This document shows positions 35,722 to 47,826 of a stretch of 64,000 bases of DNA, in pieces. Positions within the stretch are counted from its first letter, which is position 1; each line of letters opens with the position of its first letter. The notes below the pieces were generated by a model. The model was not told the origin of the DNA. It worked only from the letters and a program-made list of their open reading frames with translations, and did not search any database. Origin of the DNA: Neophaeotheca triangularis (lineage: Eukaryota). The position numbers and the translations under genes are program-made. The stretch is from positions 1-64,000 of the forward strand of contig BAAIJX010000068.1 of NCBI GenBank assembly GCA_054600435.1. The letters are read 5' to 3'.

Positions 35722-36261
35722 ATGAGTACCTGGTACAATGGCCCCAACGACACCACAAGATCATCTGTTGACAAAAGCCCTTAACAAAGGGCCCTTGTTC
35801 ACGACAACCCGCGCTTCTTCATATCATACCTCATCACCCTCGTGGTCCTGTACCCGCTAGCCGTTCCGCCGATTTTCTTCGCTCTCCAAGCTCCGAACCT
35901 CGCGACCTTCTGGACCTGCTGGCCTAGAATGATTTATCTCTGCGTCAAAGATGGCGAGTGGTCTCTCGGTAGTCTCGACGAGGCGGTTGGACTGGAGCTT
36001 CAACTGAAGATCGGGACTGCTTGTTTCGTGCCCGCCGCTTTGTTGCTTTCGGCGTGGAGCCCGCGGGAGAAGGCGCAGTGTTGGGAGGAATATAAGATGT
36101 TTTTCCGCGCAGGATGGACGGGTGTAAGACGGCTTCGGGAAGAGGCTGAGAGGGCAGGGGAGAATGCTGATGTGAAGCATGATTTGATGGAGAAGGGGGC
36201 CCATGAGGTGGTGGAGAAGGGGGATAAGGAAGTGGCTGAGGTGCAAGCACGTCCGGGTTAA
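35722..36261 (+). CDS. Small hypothetical membrane protein
   Basis: ATG 35722, a short intron gives MSTWALVHDNPRFFISYLITLVVLYP...; two TM segments; TATA at ~35616. Confidence 0.5.
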
Positions 36262-36907
36262 GTGACTTGTGGTTGAGATGAGGGAGATGTCGAATGTCGA
36301 ATTGTTTCCCGGTGTTCTATACTAATATCATACCCTGTGCTTGATTACTAGGAGGTTAGAGAACATGGAACATCCTGTCCTTAGATCATATGCTACGAGG
36401 TTGGCGAAGTCGTGACTCGAAGCTGAGATCTCAAAACATAAGCGAAGAGTATTTTTACCTGCTAGAGATAAAAGCGTTGTTTGAAAAGAGCTTTAGTGTG
36501 GATGCACCTTTGATGCATTTGATACACTGAGATTGGAAATGTTCTTGTGGGACAATATATCTATATGGCTGAGGTGGGTTAGCACATCCCACTACTCGCG
36601 CATGATGTAATTGACCAGTAGAAATGGAATGTTCAGAGGTAAACTCTCAATCGCGGGTACTACCTTGCCTTTTAGGTAGGGTGAGGTGGATGTGAGGTGG
36701 TCAATGAGGTCGATGAGGTCGATAGTGGGGAGATTTGGGCAGCGTTCTTTCAAAGCCCCCCCCACCAAAGCGCGGGGTTTTTTTGCTCCCTCTCCCTCCC
36801 GCCTCTCCTGGCTGGCAACGCACACGACAGGAGTCCCTCCTTTTCGTTACCACCAGACAATCACAAAACCAATCACTGACGACACCACCACAACCCCCAT
36901 ATCAAAC

Positions 36908-38329
36908 ATGGCCACCGAAGAGGCCCCTCCGGACTACACCCTCTCCAACCCGGACACTCTCACAAAGTACAAGACCGCCGCTCAGATCTCGCAAAAGGTC
37001 CTTGAAACTGTTTCAGGTACGTACTGACGAGGCGGCCCTGCTTGCTCTCACAATACACACCTCTTCACTTGTAATTTGAAACTGACCTCACTACCTACTC
37101 CAGGATGGTGCACCGAGGGCGCCAAGATAGTTGAGCTGTGCCAGCGCGGTGACAAGCTGCTCGAAGAAGAGGTCGCCAAGGTTTACAAGGGCAAGAAGAT
37201 CACCAAGGGCATTGGACACCCCTGCACCGTCTCGCCCTCGTCCTACATCACCCCCTACACGCCCCTCACCACCGACGCCGACGAGAAGGAGTCCAAGCTC
37301 AACGCTGGCGAGGCCGTAAAGATCCAACTCGGTGCCCAAATCGATGGATTCGGCTCCATAGTCTGCGACACTGTCTTCGTGGGCAAGAATGGCGAGCTCA
37401 GCGGCCGGGAGGCTGATCTCTTCCTCGCCACCTACTGGGCCAACGAGCTGCTGCTGCGTATGATGATGCCACCGGGTCTGCTGGCCACTGGCACCGACGA
37501 AGAGAAGCAAAAGGCGCAGGCGGTGAAGCCCTACAACCAGGGAAAGATTACGCAGCTGTTGGAGAAGCTCGTCAAGTCGTACGACTGCAACTTGGTCGAG
37601 AACACGACTTGCTGGCTCTTCGCTCGCAACGAGATTGAGGACAAGAAGAAGATCATTCTCGCACCCGGCGAGGGTGTCAAGGGTGAGGGTCTTCCTGAGG
37701 TTGGTGACGTCTGGGGTGTGGAGATGGGCGTCAGCACTGGTACCGGCAAGGTCAAGTCTCTGCCCAACCGCGCTACGCTCCACAGGAGGACTATGACTAC
37801 TTACGGTCTCAAGAGGCCGAGCTCGAGGGCTACTCTCTCCGAGATCAAGAACAAGTTTGGCACTTTCCCCTTCAGTTTGCGCCAGATGGAGGACGAGAGG
37901 GCTGGCAAGGTCGGCATTGTCGAGTGTGTGCGTGGTGGCGTTGTTAGGCAATACGAGGTCATTGGCTCGAACGACAACGAGCCCGTTGGCCGGCTTTTCA
38001 CCACCGTTGGTGAGTTTTTTCCGGAACAGCAGAACTCCTTCGTAATGTCTTGACCGTGCTAATACTCCCTAGCCATCACCAAGAACGGCCTTTCCAAGGT
38101 CGGTGGCCCACCTACACCCAACCTTGACAAGGTCAAGTCGGACAAGAAGATCACCGACGAGGAGATCAACAAGATTCTTGAGCAGCCCCTTGGCAAGCCC
38201 CCGAGCAACAAGCCGAAGAACAAGAAGAAAAAGAAGAAGTCTGCGAAGAAGGCCGCGCCCGCCGGCGACGCCAAGAAGCCAGCTGCGGACGAGGAGAGCA
38301 GTGACGAGGAGAGCAGCGATGACGAGTAG
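36908..38329 (+). CDS. Curved DNA-binding protein Cdb4 / Ebp1 (PA2G4)-like, non-peptidase M24 fold
   Basis: LTKYKTAAQIS, VKIQLGAQIDGF, YGLKRPSSR, FGTFPFSLR, Lys-rich tail; two introns. Confidence 0.88.
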
Positions 38330-39046
38330 GAGGGAAAGCAAGTGAGGGAAACGATGAGAGGCCTGAGTACGGTAGATGTTGTCACTGCGGCCAGGCTCAC
38401 CGTCTCAACGCGGATGATGATGATGATGGCGAAGAAAGTCGGTGGCAGGGGGGCTGAGTAGAGTACGAAAAAGTGAGCATCTGCGGTGGCAAATGGTCTA
38501 CTTGCAGCGATAACAGCAGCGATCATAGCATAGCTTGAGATAGCATGAGAAAATCACGTTTATGAGAGCGTCTCCTGGGAATTGTCCTGTGTACAGCGTG
38601 ATGGCGTCTTGTGATTGGGGGCTCTACTCTCACTTTAGTTTGGCCACTGAGGAAGAAAGCGGTTCTGACACTCCTCCACTCTGATGGGAAGCAGTGACAG
38701 TAAACGGGCACGAGATTATTGGTATTACCTGTTGAAAAAGAGGCAAAGGCATGTTGTTGGGAATGGTTTTGGTATTGTGAGAGTACCTCCTAAGGGGCGA
38801 ACCCGAAGTCTCGGTCCGCCGACTCGCGGGCTTCAACGCGTATCTCCACGAAGCAAGCCATCTTCAACTTGCTTCACAGAACCCGCCCCTACACACTTCA
38901 GCACAAGCCGTACACTCCTCACCCTTCACCGCAAACCGCCCTGGGTAAGTATTAAATTTGGAAGAATGATTTTGCAAATTGAGTAGAGATGCTGACAATA
39001 CCGCAGAGGCGCTTGCAACCCCCGTACTCGAGCCCGCAGGCAGACC

Positions 39047-42000
39047 ATGGACATTCGAGACCACTTCCGTCACCGGTTCGGCGCATCCTCAAACTCACAA
39101 AAATCTACAAAGTCGCATGCGCAGAGTAGCAAGACGGAGAAGCAGGCCCCTAGCAAGATGGTGGGAGCGGGCAAGAAGGGCAGCGGCTTCGAGGAGCCCG
39201 AACTCGCTGGAGCGGCGTCTTTTGAGGACCACGGGGGGCAGGCATACGGGACCACTGAAGACATGCAGCCACTAGGCGAACGGCCGAGCTCCAAGGTCAA
39301 GCAGCGTGTGAAGCATGAAGCGCCGCGCAAGAGTGCACTAGGTCGCAATTGGGCTGCTGTGAATTCAGACGTTCAGGAGACACCGGACAGCACACCGGGC
39401 CCAGCCACAGAGCTGGAACCTTTGTCACAACCACTACCCGTCATCAAGGACGATGACAATGATCGCGACTATGCGCCCAAGGTGAAGAGTAACAAGGCAC
39501 CGAAGAGGGAGCGGGCGCAGCGCGCGTCCAAGTCGAGCCGCCAGAGCACCACGCCGGCCGCACCACCCTCCTCAGCCTCGCGCGTCTCCAAGAGCGGAGC
39601 CATCAAGAAGCCTTCAAAGTCGCCATCACAGTCACCTGTGGATGACCGGCAGAAGCTCGCACGTGTCGCCGAAGCTGCCAAGGAGCGTGCAATTCAAGTC
39701 GGCAAGCCTGAGCTCGCTGCGGCCGTTCACGAGATTTACCAACACAGCCTGACGGACAGCTACCTCACTGAACTCTTAGGCGCAATCCTGTCGCAAAAGG
39801 CCACACCTGTGCAGACTCGCGACTTTCAGGGTTACGTGAAGCGTGCAAAGCAAAAGTTGAAGGACGCCAAAAAGAATAGGGATTCCGTGGGTGTCGACGC
39901 CAAGACCGAGCCGCTGGCAAACGGTGCAAGCCGCCGGCAGTCGATTCCCCTTCGCTCCCCTTCCCATCCAACACACCCGTCACCGACACCGGCTTTTGCT
40001 ACCGCCGCCACGACCACCGCCATACCGTCTACCGAAATCACCGATACCGGTCTCTCCAAGAAGAACAAGGATATGCCACCGAAACAACACCAGCCAAAGA
40101 TGACCCCGCCACTGGATGACCGCGCAGACGGCAACGCTTCGGATTCTTCACTCACGGAGCTCGAGTCGGATGGTGAAGGCAACCATGTATCAGAAGACGA
40201 CGAACTTCAGAAGCCCACCGCCGCCACCGTTCGGCCACCTGCCGCCACGCACAACCGGAAAGATCATGCCGCCGAACGAGGTACACTCGCAGCGCCAAAG
40301 ACAGCAGGCAGCAAGAGGCCATCAGCAGAGACAGACGCTCTGGACGATGAGTATGAGCGCGCCCTCTTATACAAGAAGCAAAAGCTCGAGCAGAGTATCG
40401 TCCGCGACCCGGACCATCAGTATCAGGAAAGCAGCGTGCGACCTATCCTCGAACCGCCTTCTGCTTCCAGACTGCGCAGCAATAAAGTAGCAGCTGTTGT
40501 ACCACCGCCGCTCAAACTATCCCTCAAAACCAACGGCAATGTCCATGCGACTAGAGCCGCCAAGCGACCATCCAGCGATGCGGACTCACCTCTCTCCGAG
40601 CTCTCTTCCAGGGAGGGCTCGCCAGCGCTTTTGGAAGGCGGACCTCCTGTGAAGCGCGCGAAAACAAAGACATCGTATGTATCTCCCTTTTGCATTTCCC
40701 TTCACCTCACATGCGATGAAAGTGCTGCCACGTGGCAGCGGGGTGTCAAGGCATTGTGAATGCTATTGTCGTGCATCTCTATTGCGACGACAATAGCACT
40801 TTGAGTGACAATACGCTGCCTGGCTTCACTACTATGACCTTGCACTTTCTTCTGCTTTCTTTGTCTACACTACATCACCACCTTTCTGCACCTTTGCGAG
40901 ACGGCCACCGCAACAAGACCAACGCACTCTTGCATTCACACACTACACTGCGTCGCAAACAGAACCCGTCACTGACAATGGCTCCACGCAAAAGGCCCGA
41001 GAAAAAGAAAACAACGGCACATGTTATCAGTACAACGGGCGAGCGTGGCAAAGAATCTTGGGCGAACGCCAACGACAATGATTCGGTAAGTCTTGGATCC
41101 TGCGCTAAACCCCTTTGCCCACTTCCCCAGCAACTTTCCGCGAACTCAACTCGCGCGCAAAACATCATCATCAATTCCAGCAAGATGCTGTTTGCAACAC
41201 ACTGCCAACCATCACTGGACTTTGCTTACATGCTGTCTGCCAAGCACAAACCACATCTAACACCCTACCCACAGGACACTGAGAACAACGACTTTTGCAC
41301 CGCATGTGGCGGCAGCGGCTATCTGCTCTGCTGTGACGGATGCGACCGTGCCTTTCACTTCAAATGTGTCGACCCTCCCCTCACTGAAGACTCCAAGGAG
41401 CTGGACGAGCCATGGTATTGTGCCGTGTGTCAGGATCTTACGCGAGCGTCGCAAGGCGAGAAGAAGTCGCGCGGCCTGTTCGCACCCGCCCTCAACGACC
41501 TCAAGCGCAAATTCACCACCCTTTTCGAGCTTCCCCAAGACATACGCGATCATTTCCACGGCACCGGCGCAGATGCTGATGGCAACTTCATCGAGCCCAT
41601 CGCCGCCAGAACGACTAGAGCTTCCGGTCGCACTGGCTTTGTAGATGTCCCCGATCTCAAGCGCACCAAAGACGCGAAAGGCAACAATGTCTACTGCTTC
41701 TCCTGCAACCGCTCCTCCGAAGGTCGTCGCGAACTCACCGCCTGCGACTCGTGCGGCACTTACTGGCACCTCGACTGCCTCGACCCTCCAGCCGCCAACC
41801 CACCTCGCAAGAGCGTAGATGGCAAAGTCATCTACGAATGGCTATGCCCTCTACACATCGACCACGACCTCCGCCAAGTCGACGTCGCGATGCTGAATCC
41901 GCACAAACGCCGACGCACCATCCACCTCCGCAAACCCCGCAACGCCAAAATGAAGGAACCCGCCCTGACGCGCGGAATGCGCAACAACGGCATCATCGAA

Positions 42001-42732
42001 GTCGTCAACGACGAATCCGACACCGAAAGCGAATTCTACGACGAAGACCGCGATGAGAACATCACTTACAAGATGCCTTCTTCCGGTATCAAGCTCGATT
42101 TCCTCGACCGCGTGAAGCGAGGCCGGATCCAGGATCTCCATACTCGCGCCGTACAACGGCAACTTTTCAACGAGGCCGCGATCAACAACGCTGCTGCGGT
42201 CAATGCTGTTGCTGCCACTGCCGCCGCCGCGACTTTCCCGAGTGCAATGGAGCTCCCGAATTTCGCCAACCGCTCTTTCAGCGAGAAGCAAGTCGCGCTA
42301 CAGCTCGCACAGCTTGCAAAAGGAAATCTAGATCTCAATTTCGGCGCGGGGAGCGTGGAGAACTTAGTCGGCACGTTGATTGTAAGTAGCATCACTGCCA
42401 ACCAAACCCCCAGACGGTAAAGAAAGACAGCTTACTAACCTGCTACGAACCCACAGGCCGAAGCTCCACCCTCCGTCTCCGCAGCCATGGCCGACGCCGA
42501 AGCCACCGCCGCCGATAACACCACCAAGACCTTCACCGAGGCCGATGCTAAACCCAGCGATCTCGATACCAACATGTCTGATTCTGATGCGAAAGACACT
42601 GCCAAGACCGCCGGTGCCGCGCCCCCTTCTCCCCCCACTTCCGAGCAGATTGGGAGTTTCTCGGCTGCTGAGGAGCGGAGACAGCTTCTCGCGTTGCAAG
42701 AGTTGATTAAGCGGAGATTGGAGGGGATGTGA
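39047..42732 (+). CDS. Double PHD-finger chromatin protein, Rco1-like (Rpd3S subunit-like)
   Basis: PHD1 NNDFCTACGGSGYLLCCDGCDRAFHFKCVDPP..WYC; PHD2 CFSC..CDSC..WHLDCLDPP..WLCPLH; RNNGIIEV; introns from ~40675, ~41086 and ~42382; 5' end uncertain. Confidence 0.8.
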
Positions 42733-43061
42733 GGATGTGAATGTCTGAGGTTTTATGGCTGGCGAGGAGGAAGTGGAGTTTATTTTTGTCGCGGGGTGAG
42801 GTTCCTGTGCCTGGTGGTTGAGAGGTGCAAGCAGATGGGAACGTGAGGCGGCGGGAGTTGCGAGTGTATTAATTAAGAGGTTTCGTGTAGGCTGGATGGA
42901 TCGAGCACCGAGGGATGCGTCGGCTGTTGAAGGTTAGGAGTGGACTCAGTCCGGTGGCGGGGCTGTGGGGGGTTTTGGAGAATTGAGAATTGAGAATTGA
43001 GAATGGCAGTGGCGAGGCGGGGCTGATACTTCTATATTATGAATGAATTCTCTATTTAGGA

Positions 43062-43155
43062 CTGGTGTTGTTGCTGCTATTGTTGTTGCTGGTGTTGTTG
43101 CTGCCGGTGCTACTGGTGCTGCTGGTACTGGTGTTGCTTCTGCTTCTGCTTCTGT
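43062..43155. repeat. Low-complexity trinucleotide tract (GCT/GTT/GGT)n
   Basis: Degenerate tandem trinucleotides. Confidence 0.7.
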
Positions 43156-44558
43156 TTCTGCTACTGCTGCTGCTATCGATCCACTCAATGTATTGTCTCG
43201 TGACATGGCTCGACCCACTGATTGGCAGTGGCCGGCCATCAATGCCTGTTTGTGGGTCGGGTGGCAAGATAGATTCCAGCGTACATGGGCAGATGCCTCC
43301 TGCCCTTCTCTACTGACCGGATCTCGTTTCCAAGAGTGCAAGAAAAAAAAAGAAAGGGCTGAAGAAGGTCGAAACATGTCATCAGCGAGCTCCCGGGCCA
43401 TGACGTCTGAAGAAACAGCGCAACATAGTCGGGCTCAAGATACTGAGGTGTTGGTTGAGAGGGGCACACCACTCCCGCTCCCCAGTGGAAGGAGCGTGCT
43501 TACGCTGAGGATGATGGCGGTCGATTACCAGAGGCAGCGGTCCGTAGCGGTTCGAGGTCAAGACTCGTGCTATCAGCATCTGGGGCATGTTAAGCGGAGC
43601 CGGGGGGCATTGAACGGTCGTAGAATCAGGGTATCTGCACCTGCCGGAGACACGCGGGCTAGGGCAGTCTGAGTTGTTGAAGTAGATGAATCTACTATTA
43701 AGAAAGGGCTTAGGAGAGGCTGGAGATGGCTTCTTATATCCTGCTCTCTCTGAGAGTTACGGTTCCTTCCCTTTGCCTCATATTCCCGAATCGACGGTGT
43801 TGCTTGTGAAAGCCCTTTCACCTGGAAGTCCTAAGTACGGTTGGTTGTGGCCAGCTGCATATTCAGCGAGTAGGTCAGAAATATGATGACTGGCGTTGGT
43901 TCACAGATCCTGCCGTTAGCAATGCTATGCTACAATATGGGAGCAGCGCCGAGATGAGCATAGCTAGATGCGTTGAACTTCGAGCTCTGAGTCCCGGGCA
44001 GCAGCAGTTCACAATGTCTACTGCAGCGCTTCTTGTCCATCGGTAGGGTGTCCGGGTCCGTAAATGGGGGAGCGGTGTAGAGTAGTTTGGATTTCTTTTC
44101 GTTTCAATGCCGGGGCTAGTTGGGTGGGGTTTTGACGGTGGAATAGGGCAAAACAGCTCGTGAAAGCTCTCACAATGGCTCCAACCGCTTGGCCGAATTG
44201 AAAACTTGCTCTGGACAAGATCAGCGTGACGTAGGCATCGACTGTCGGTGCATTGGATGTTTGCTGGCATACGCGCCCACGCTCTGTCCGCGTAGGTAGC
44301 CTAGTAAAGTCAGATGTAGAGAGTGCTCCAGTCAGAACGCGGACCCGGGACGAATAGCCATCCACTGGGAGTCTCTTGAAGTATTCCAGGCGAGCGAAAG
44401 AGGCCTGCGAGCTTCCCGGCGACAGAGGCTAGCCGCTTGAAGTACGTTAGGCTCGCACTGCAGGAATGCGTGTATTTAGTTTTCCCACATAAGTCAGTGT
44501 TGAAGGAAGTAGGAAGTCCTGGCCGGGTTATCTGAGCCCTTGGGCTCAGATAATTCCA

Positions 44559-44646
44559 GGGACCTTCTCCAATTAACAGGGTTGTATCCACAAGCCAATG
44601 CTAAGAAGATGTTATACCATTAAACCAAACGACCATTGCTTGGTGA
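44559..44646 (-). pseudogene. Truncated inverted duplicate of the tRNA-Ala gene (5' flank, D arm, anticodon, intron; no canonical T loop or 3' acceptor strand)
   Basis: 88-bp reverse complement of 44772-44859 with one mismatch (44632). Confidence 0.85.
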
Positions 44647-44783
44647 GACTCGTACTATGTAGAGAGGGTGGTACTTTCCTACGATTGTTGAGAGCCGGTC
44701 GCGCCTTCCTTCTTTCGAGATCAGGTCGCGCCTTCCGTTTTTGAAAATTCAGTATGATTCCGCTCTCGTCATCACCAAGCAAT

Positions 44784-44882
44784 GGGCGTTTGGTTTAATG
44801 GTATAACATCTTCTTAGCATTGGCTTGTGGATACAACCCTGTTAATTGGAGAAGGTCCCCGGTTCGATTCCGGGATCGTCCA
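44784..44882 (+). tRNA. tRNA-Ala(AGC) with 27-nt intron (44820-44846)
   Basis: GGGCGTT/ATCGTCCA acceptor with G3:U70, anticodon stem TCTTC/GGAGA, AGC at 44816-44818, T arm CCCGG-TTCGATT-CCGGG, downstream T-run. Confidence 0.93.
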
Positions 44883-45295
44883 CTTATTAAGTTTCTACCC
44901 TTCTGTTTTTTTTTGACTTCGAATCTTTTACTCTTTTACTCTTTTGAACTCTCAGCAATTATTGGTCGCTACCTATCCATTTAATGCAAGAGCGCACATT
45001 CAACGTATACATGTTAAATAGTTTTTGCCTCCTCCACACCCTCGGCAGACTAGCATTTGATCCTGTGGCGGGACGTTTAAAGCGTCCCCCAGCTTCAAAC
45101 TGCACGCTCGCTGTTAAAAGAAGCTGTTTCTTTGGCACCCTCGCTCCTTTCGAGGCCGGGGAGGGATAATAACACTAAAGCAATCCAGCATAGAGAATAA
45201 GCATGTGAGCTGCGAAAGAAAATAGCTGAAATTAGAGCAAATTGTATCAATATGTACATAACCCCCAACACCTATGCCATGCTAACACCCCATCA

Positions 45296-45475
45296 AACGA
45301 GATCGTAAAACGGCAGTCGTCGGTCCATTCGTGTCAGAATGACGAGAGATCGTAAAACGGCCGTCGTACGTCCATTCGTGTGAAAACGACGAGAGATCGC
45401 AAAACGACAGTCGTACGTCCATTCGTGTAAAAACAACGAGAGATCGTAGAACGACAGTCATCCATCCATTCGTGT
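45296..45475. repeat. 47-bp minisatellite, ~3.8 copies
   Basis: Units start at 45301, 45348, 45395 and 45442 (GATCGYARAACG..GTC.T...TCCATTCGTGT). Confidence 0.92.
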
Positions 45476-45617
45476 TCCAAGATACTCATGAAAACCGCAG
45501 GGTATATCAATCTCTTCTGAAAACAGCATGTACAACAAGTCGAAACATATCCAATCCACCGACACCTTCCCAAGCCAACCTCGACACCCTTACCTCCGTC
45601 CTTTCCCCTTTCCCAAT

Positions 45618-46623
45618 CTACTTCCCAGCCAACCAGCCAAACTTATTCCTCTTAACCCTCGGCGCCACACCGACAACAACCAAGACACTCGCGACGACAA
45701 CGGCCCAAAGCTGCATACCCAAAACATTGACGTTGAAAGTCGTAAAAGTCGCGGCGCAAACCGTCGCCAACATCAACAGCAGCGTCACGTACCCGCCGAC
45801 ACGATGGTACTTGTAAAGCCGCTTGGCCTTTTGCTCGCCACCGTACAGCGCGGGCGCGAAGAACTGCGTGATGCCGACGATGGCTTGCAGGAAGAGCAAG
45901 AGGTAGGTTATGAGGCCGAGGATGGCGTGCGGGGACTCGAAGTGCGTGCCGCCGTGTGAGATTTTGTTGTATTCGATTACCACCAGCCCGGCTAGGCCGG
46001 CGGATAGGGCGAGGTTGTTGAGCGCGCTGTGGGTGTAGGTTCCGCGTTGTTTTTGCGTTGCCGTGTGGGTTGGTTGGAGGACTAGGATTGCTTGGGTTAG
46101 GAAGAGGAGGAGGGCGGAGTTGAGGAGCTGTGTGGAGAGGGGAGGGTTAGTTGTTTGCATGGGGTGGGGGTGAGTGGGGGGGGGGGGGGGGGGGGCCAAG
46201 GGGGATTCGTACGGGATGCGCGGAGAATAGGATCAGGTCGTGGCTGAAGACGGCGCCCCAGACAATAGCCGTGAGCTGTGGGTAAGGTAGGTGTCGTCAG
46301 TATACCTGCGCGTTTCGTCTGGTGTTGGGGTGGAGGGGGGGAGCTTCGTACAATCCAAACACCAGCTTGCGCGACAACGCCCGTTCCTGAAGAAGCCATT
46401 GTCAGTGCCCGTCTGGTCGACATCTTGGGAGACAGGATTCGTTTGTGTAGAAGAAAGAGGGAGAGGATGAAAGCTCACCAACGATGAAGTTATGGTACAG
46501 CGGCTTGCCCTCCTGCTGACTGGCGTCTCCGGCTCTTCCTAGCAAGGGCTCGTCTTCGCCCATGCCCGGGATGCGTTGCTGCTGCTGCTGCTGCTGCTGC
46601 TGAGGCTGCTCTTGTTCGGACAT
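45618..46623 (-). CDS. Cytochrome b561 family membrane protein (4 exons)
   Basis: HP/LLNS, H-x-ALN, HFESPHAILG, YKYHRVGGY heme-ligand His pattern; N-terminal polyQ; three introns. Confidence 0.85.
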
Positions 46624-47538
46624 CTTGGTGGATTTTCTCCTCTCGTTGTCCAAGTGATTTGTTCAAGAGCGCGTTGTTGTCGTTGTTGTTGTTGCGACGA
46701 GGATATGGATGATAAAAACCTCGAGAGTATCGTATTCGTCGCCTTTCGCAGCTATCATGAAATCATAGAAAGGCAGCCAGTCGGGTTGCGGGGATTACAA
46801 AGCGGATCTGTATACCTTAGTACCTGAGATGTCGGGTCGTTGTAGACGCGGGGTCCACTTTTGCCATGTGATGCGGATATAGGGGTCGAGGGCGTTCACG
46901 TGGCCGTTGCCATGTCTCACTCGGTTCACTTTGAATGAGAAGATGTCGTCTCGTCTGTGCAAAGTATCTTGAAGTGTATTGCAATTAATCCTGAGGTGAT
47001 TCGAGGCTGTACATGGTCGTATGGAAGTCGGCCACGCACAATTCCGCAGCAGCCGCATTGGCCGAGCTCAGGGGCGGAGAAACATTAAGGTAGCGCAGTA
47101 GGAGGTACTGCGTGAACGAGCTTGCTGCTATATACGTAGGTATGCAGCTGGACAGCTTTCGTCAGATGAGCTTACAAGCTCTGTGAGTCCTTCCGACCTT
47201 TGCAAAGGTCTTGCCAAATCCATCTTCGAGCTGCTTTCCCATGTCAGACCGCCTCCTGAAGCCCCCACACCCCGGCCGTCCCCATTCCCCGCCCTTTCCC
47301 ACCCACTTCCTCATCCACCTATTCCGCATGACCGTGAAGAGATGTCGTATAATCGTCGCACGCAGCGAGGACAGCAGTGTCGCGGGCCAGCCACGCTCGT
47401 CCAATCTCTCAAGCAAGCTGGCGCACTCCCTCGGCGCTTGCGAGAACGCAACAACAACACAGTAGCTTCTGTCTCTTTGACCTTCCTTCCGAGGTAGCCC
47501 AAGTATAGTTATTTTCACCAACCCATCCCAAGTACACC

Positions 47539-47826
47539 CTAGAAAACCCTAGAAACCCTCTTCTTCACTCCACTAGTAGAGAAAATCTCCGCGACCTTGA
47601 CATTCGGCAGCCTCTTCCCTGCCCAACTGCTATCGCTCTGGTTGGATTTCGTGCTACTGCTTGGAGATTTTGAGGGCGGTGACATGGGGTTCGTGTTGTA
47701 GACGTATTCGCCGTCGATGTATTGGGCGCCTGAGATGAAAGTTGTGCGGTTTTGGCGTTTTGTGTAGCGCTGTTCGAGACGGTAGAGTTCGTATTTGGCG
47801 CGGAGATTTTCCATTAGGTTGCCCAT
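47539..47826 (-). CDS. Small conserved-looking fungal hypothetical protein (95 aa)
   Basis: MGNLMENLRAKYELYRLEQRYTKR..TTFISGAQYIDGEYVY, a motif recalled from Pezizomycotina hypotheticals; coding-like composition. Confidence 0.7.
   Translation of the reverse strand: MGNLMENLRAKYELYRLEQRYTKRQNRTTFISGAQYIDGEYVYNTNPMSPPSKSPSSSTKSNQSDSSWAGKRLPNVKVAEIFSTSGVKKRVSRVF

Noticed and set aside
40732..41270. N-terminal part of the 562-aa ORF as a separate gene
   Set aside because: Mostly intron sequence of the PHD gene; splice sites link it to the upstream 570-aa ORF
43043..43672. 209-aa ORF with signal-peptide-like start (and overlapping poly-Leu ORF)
   Set aside because: Hydrophobic stretch derives from a trinucleotide low-complexity tract; no recognisable domain
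45296..45475. CRISPR-like array
   Set aside because: Units are contiguous 47-bp tandem copies without unique spacers; eukaryotic context; no cas genes
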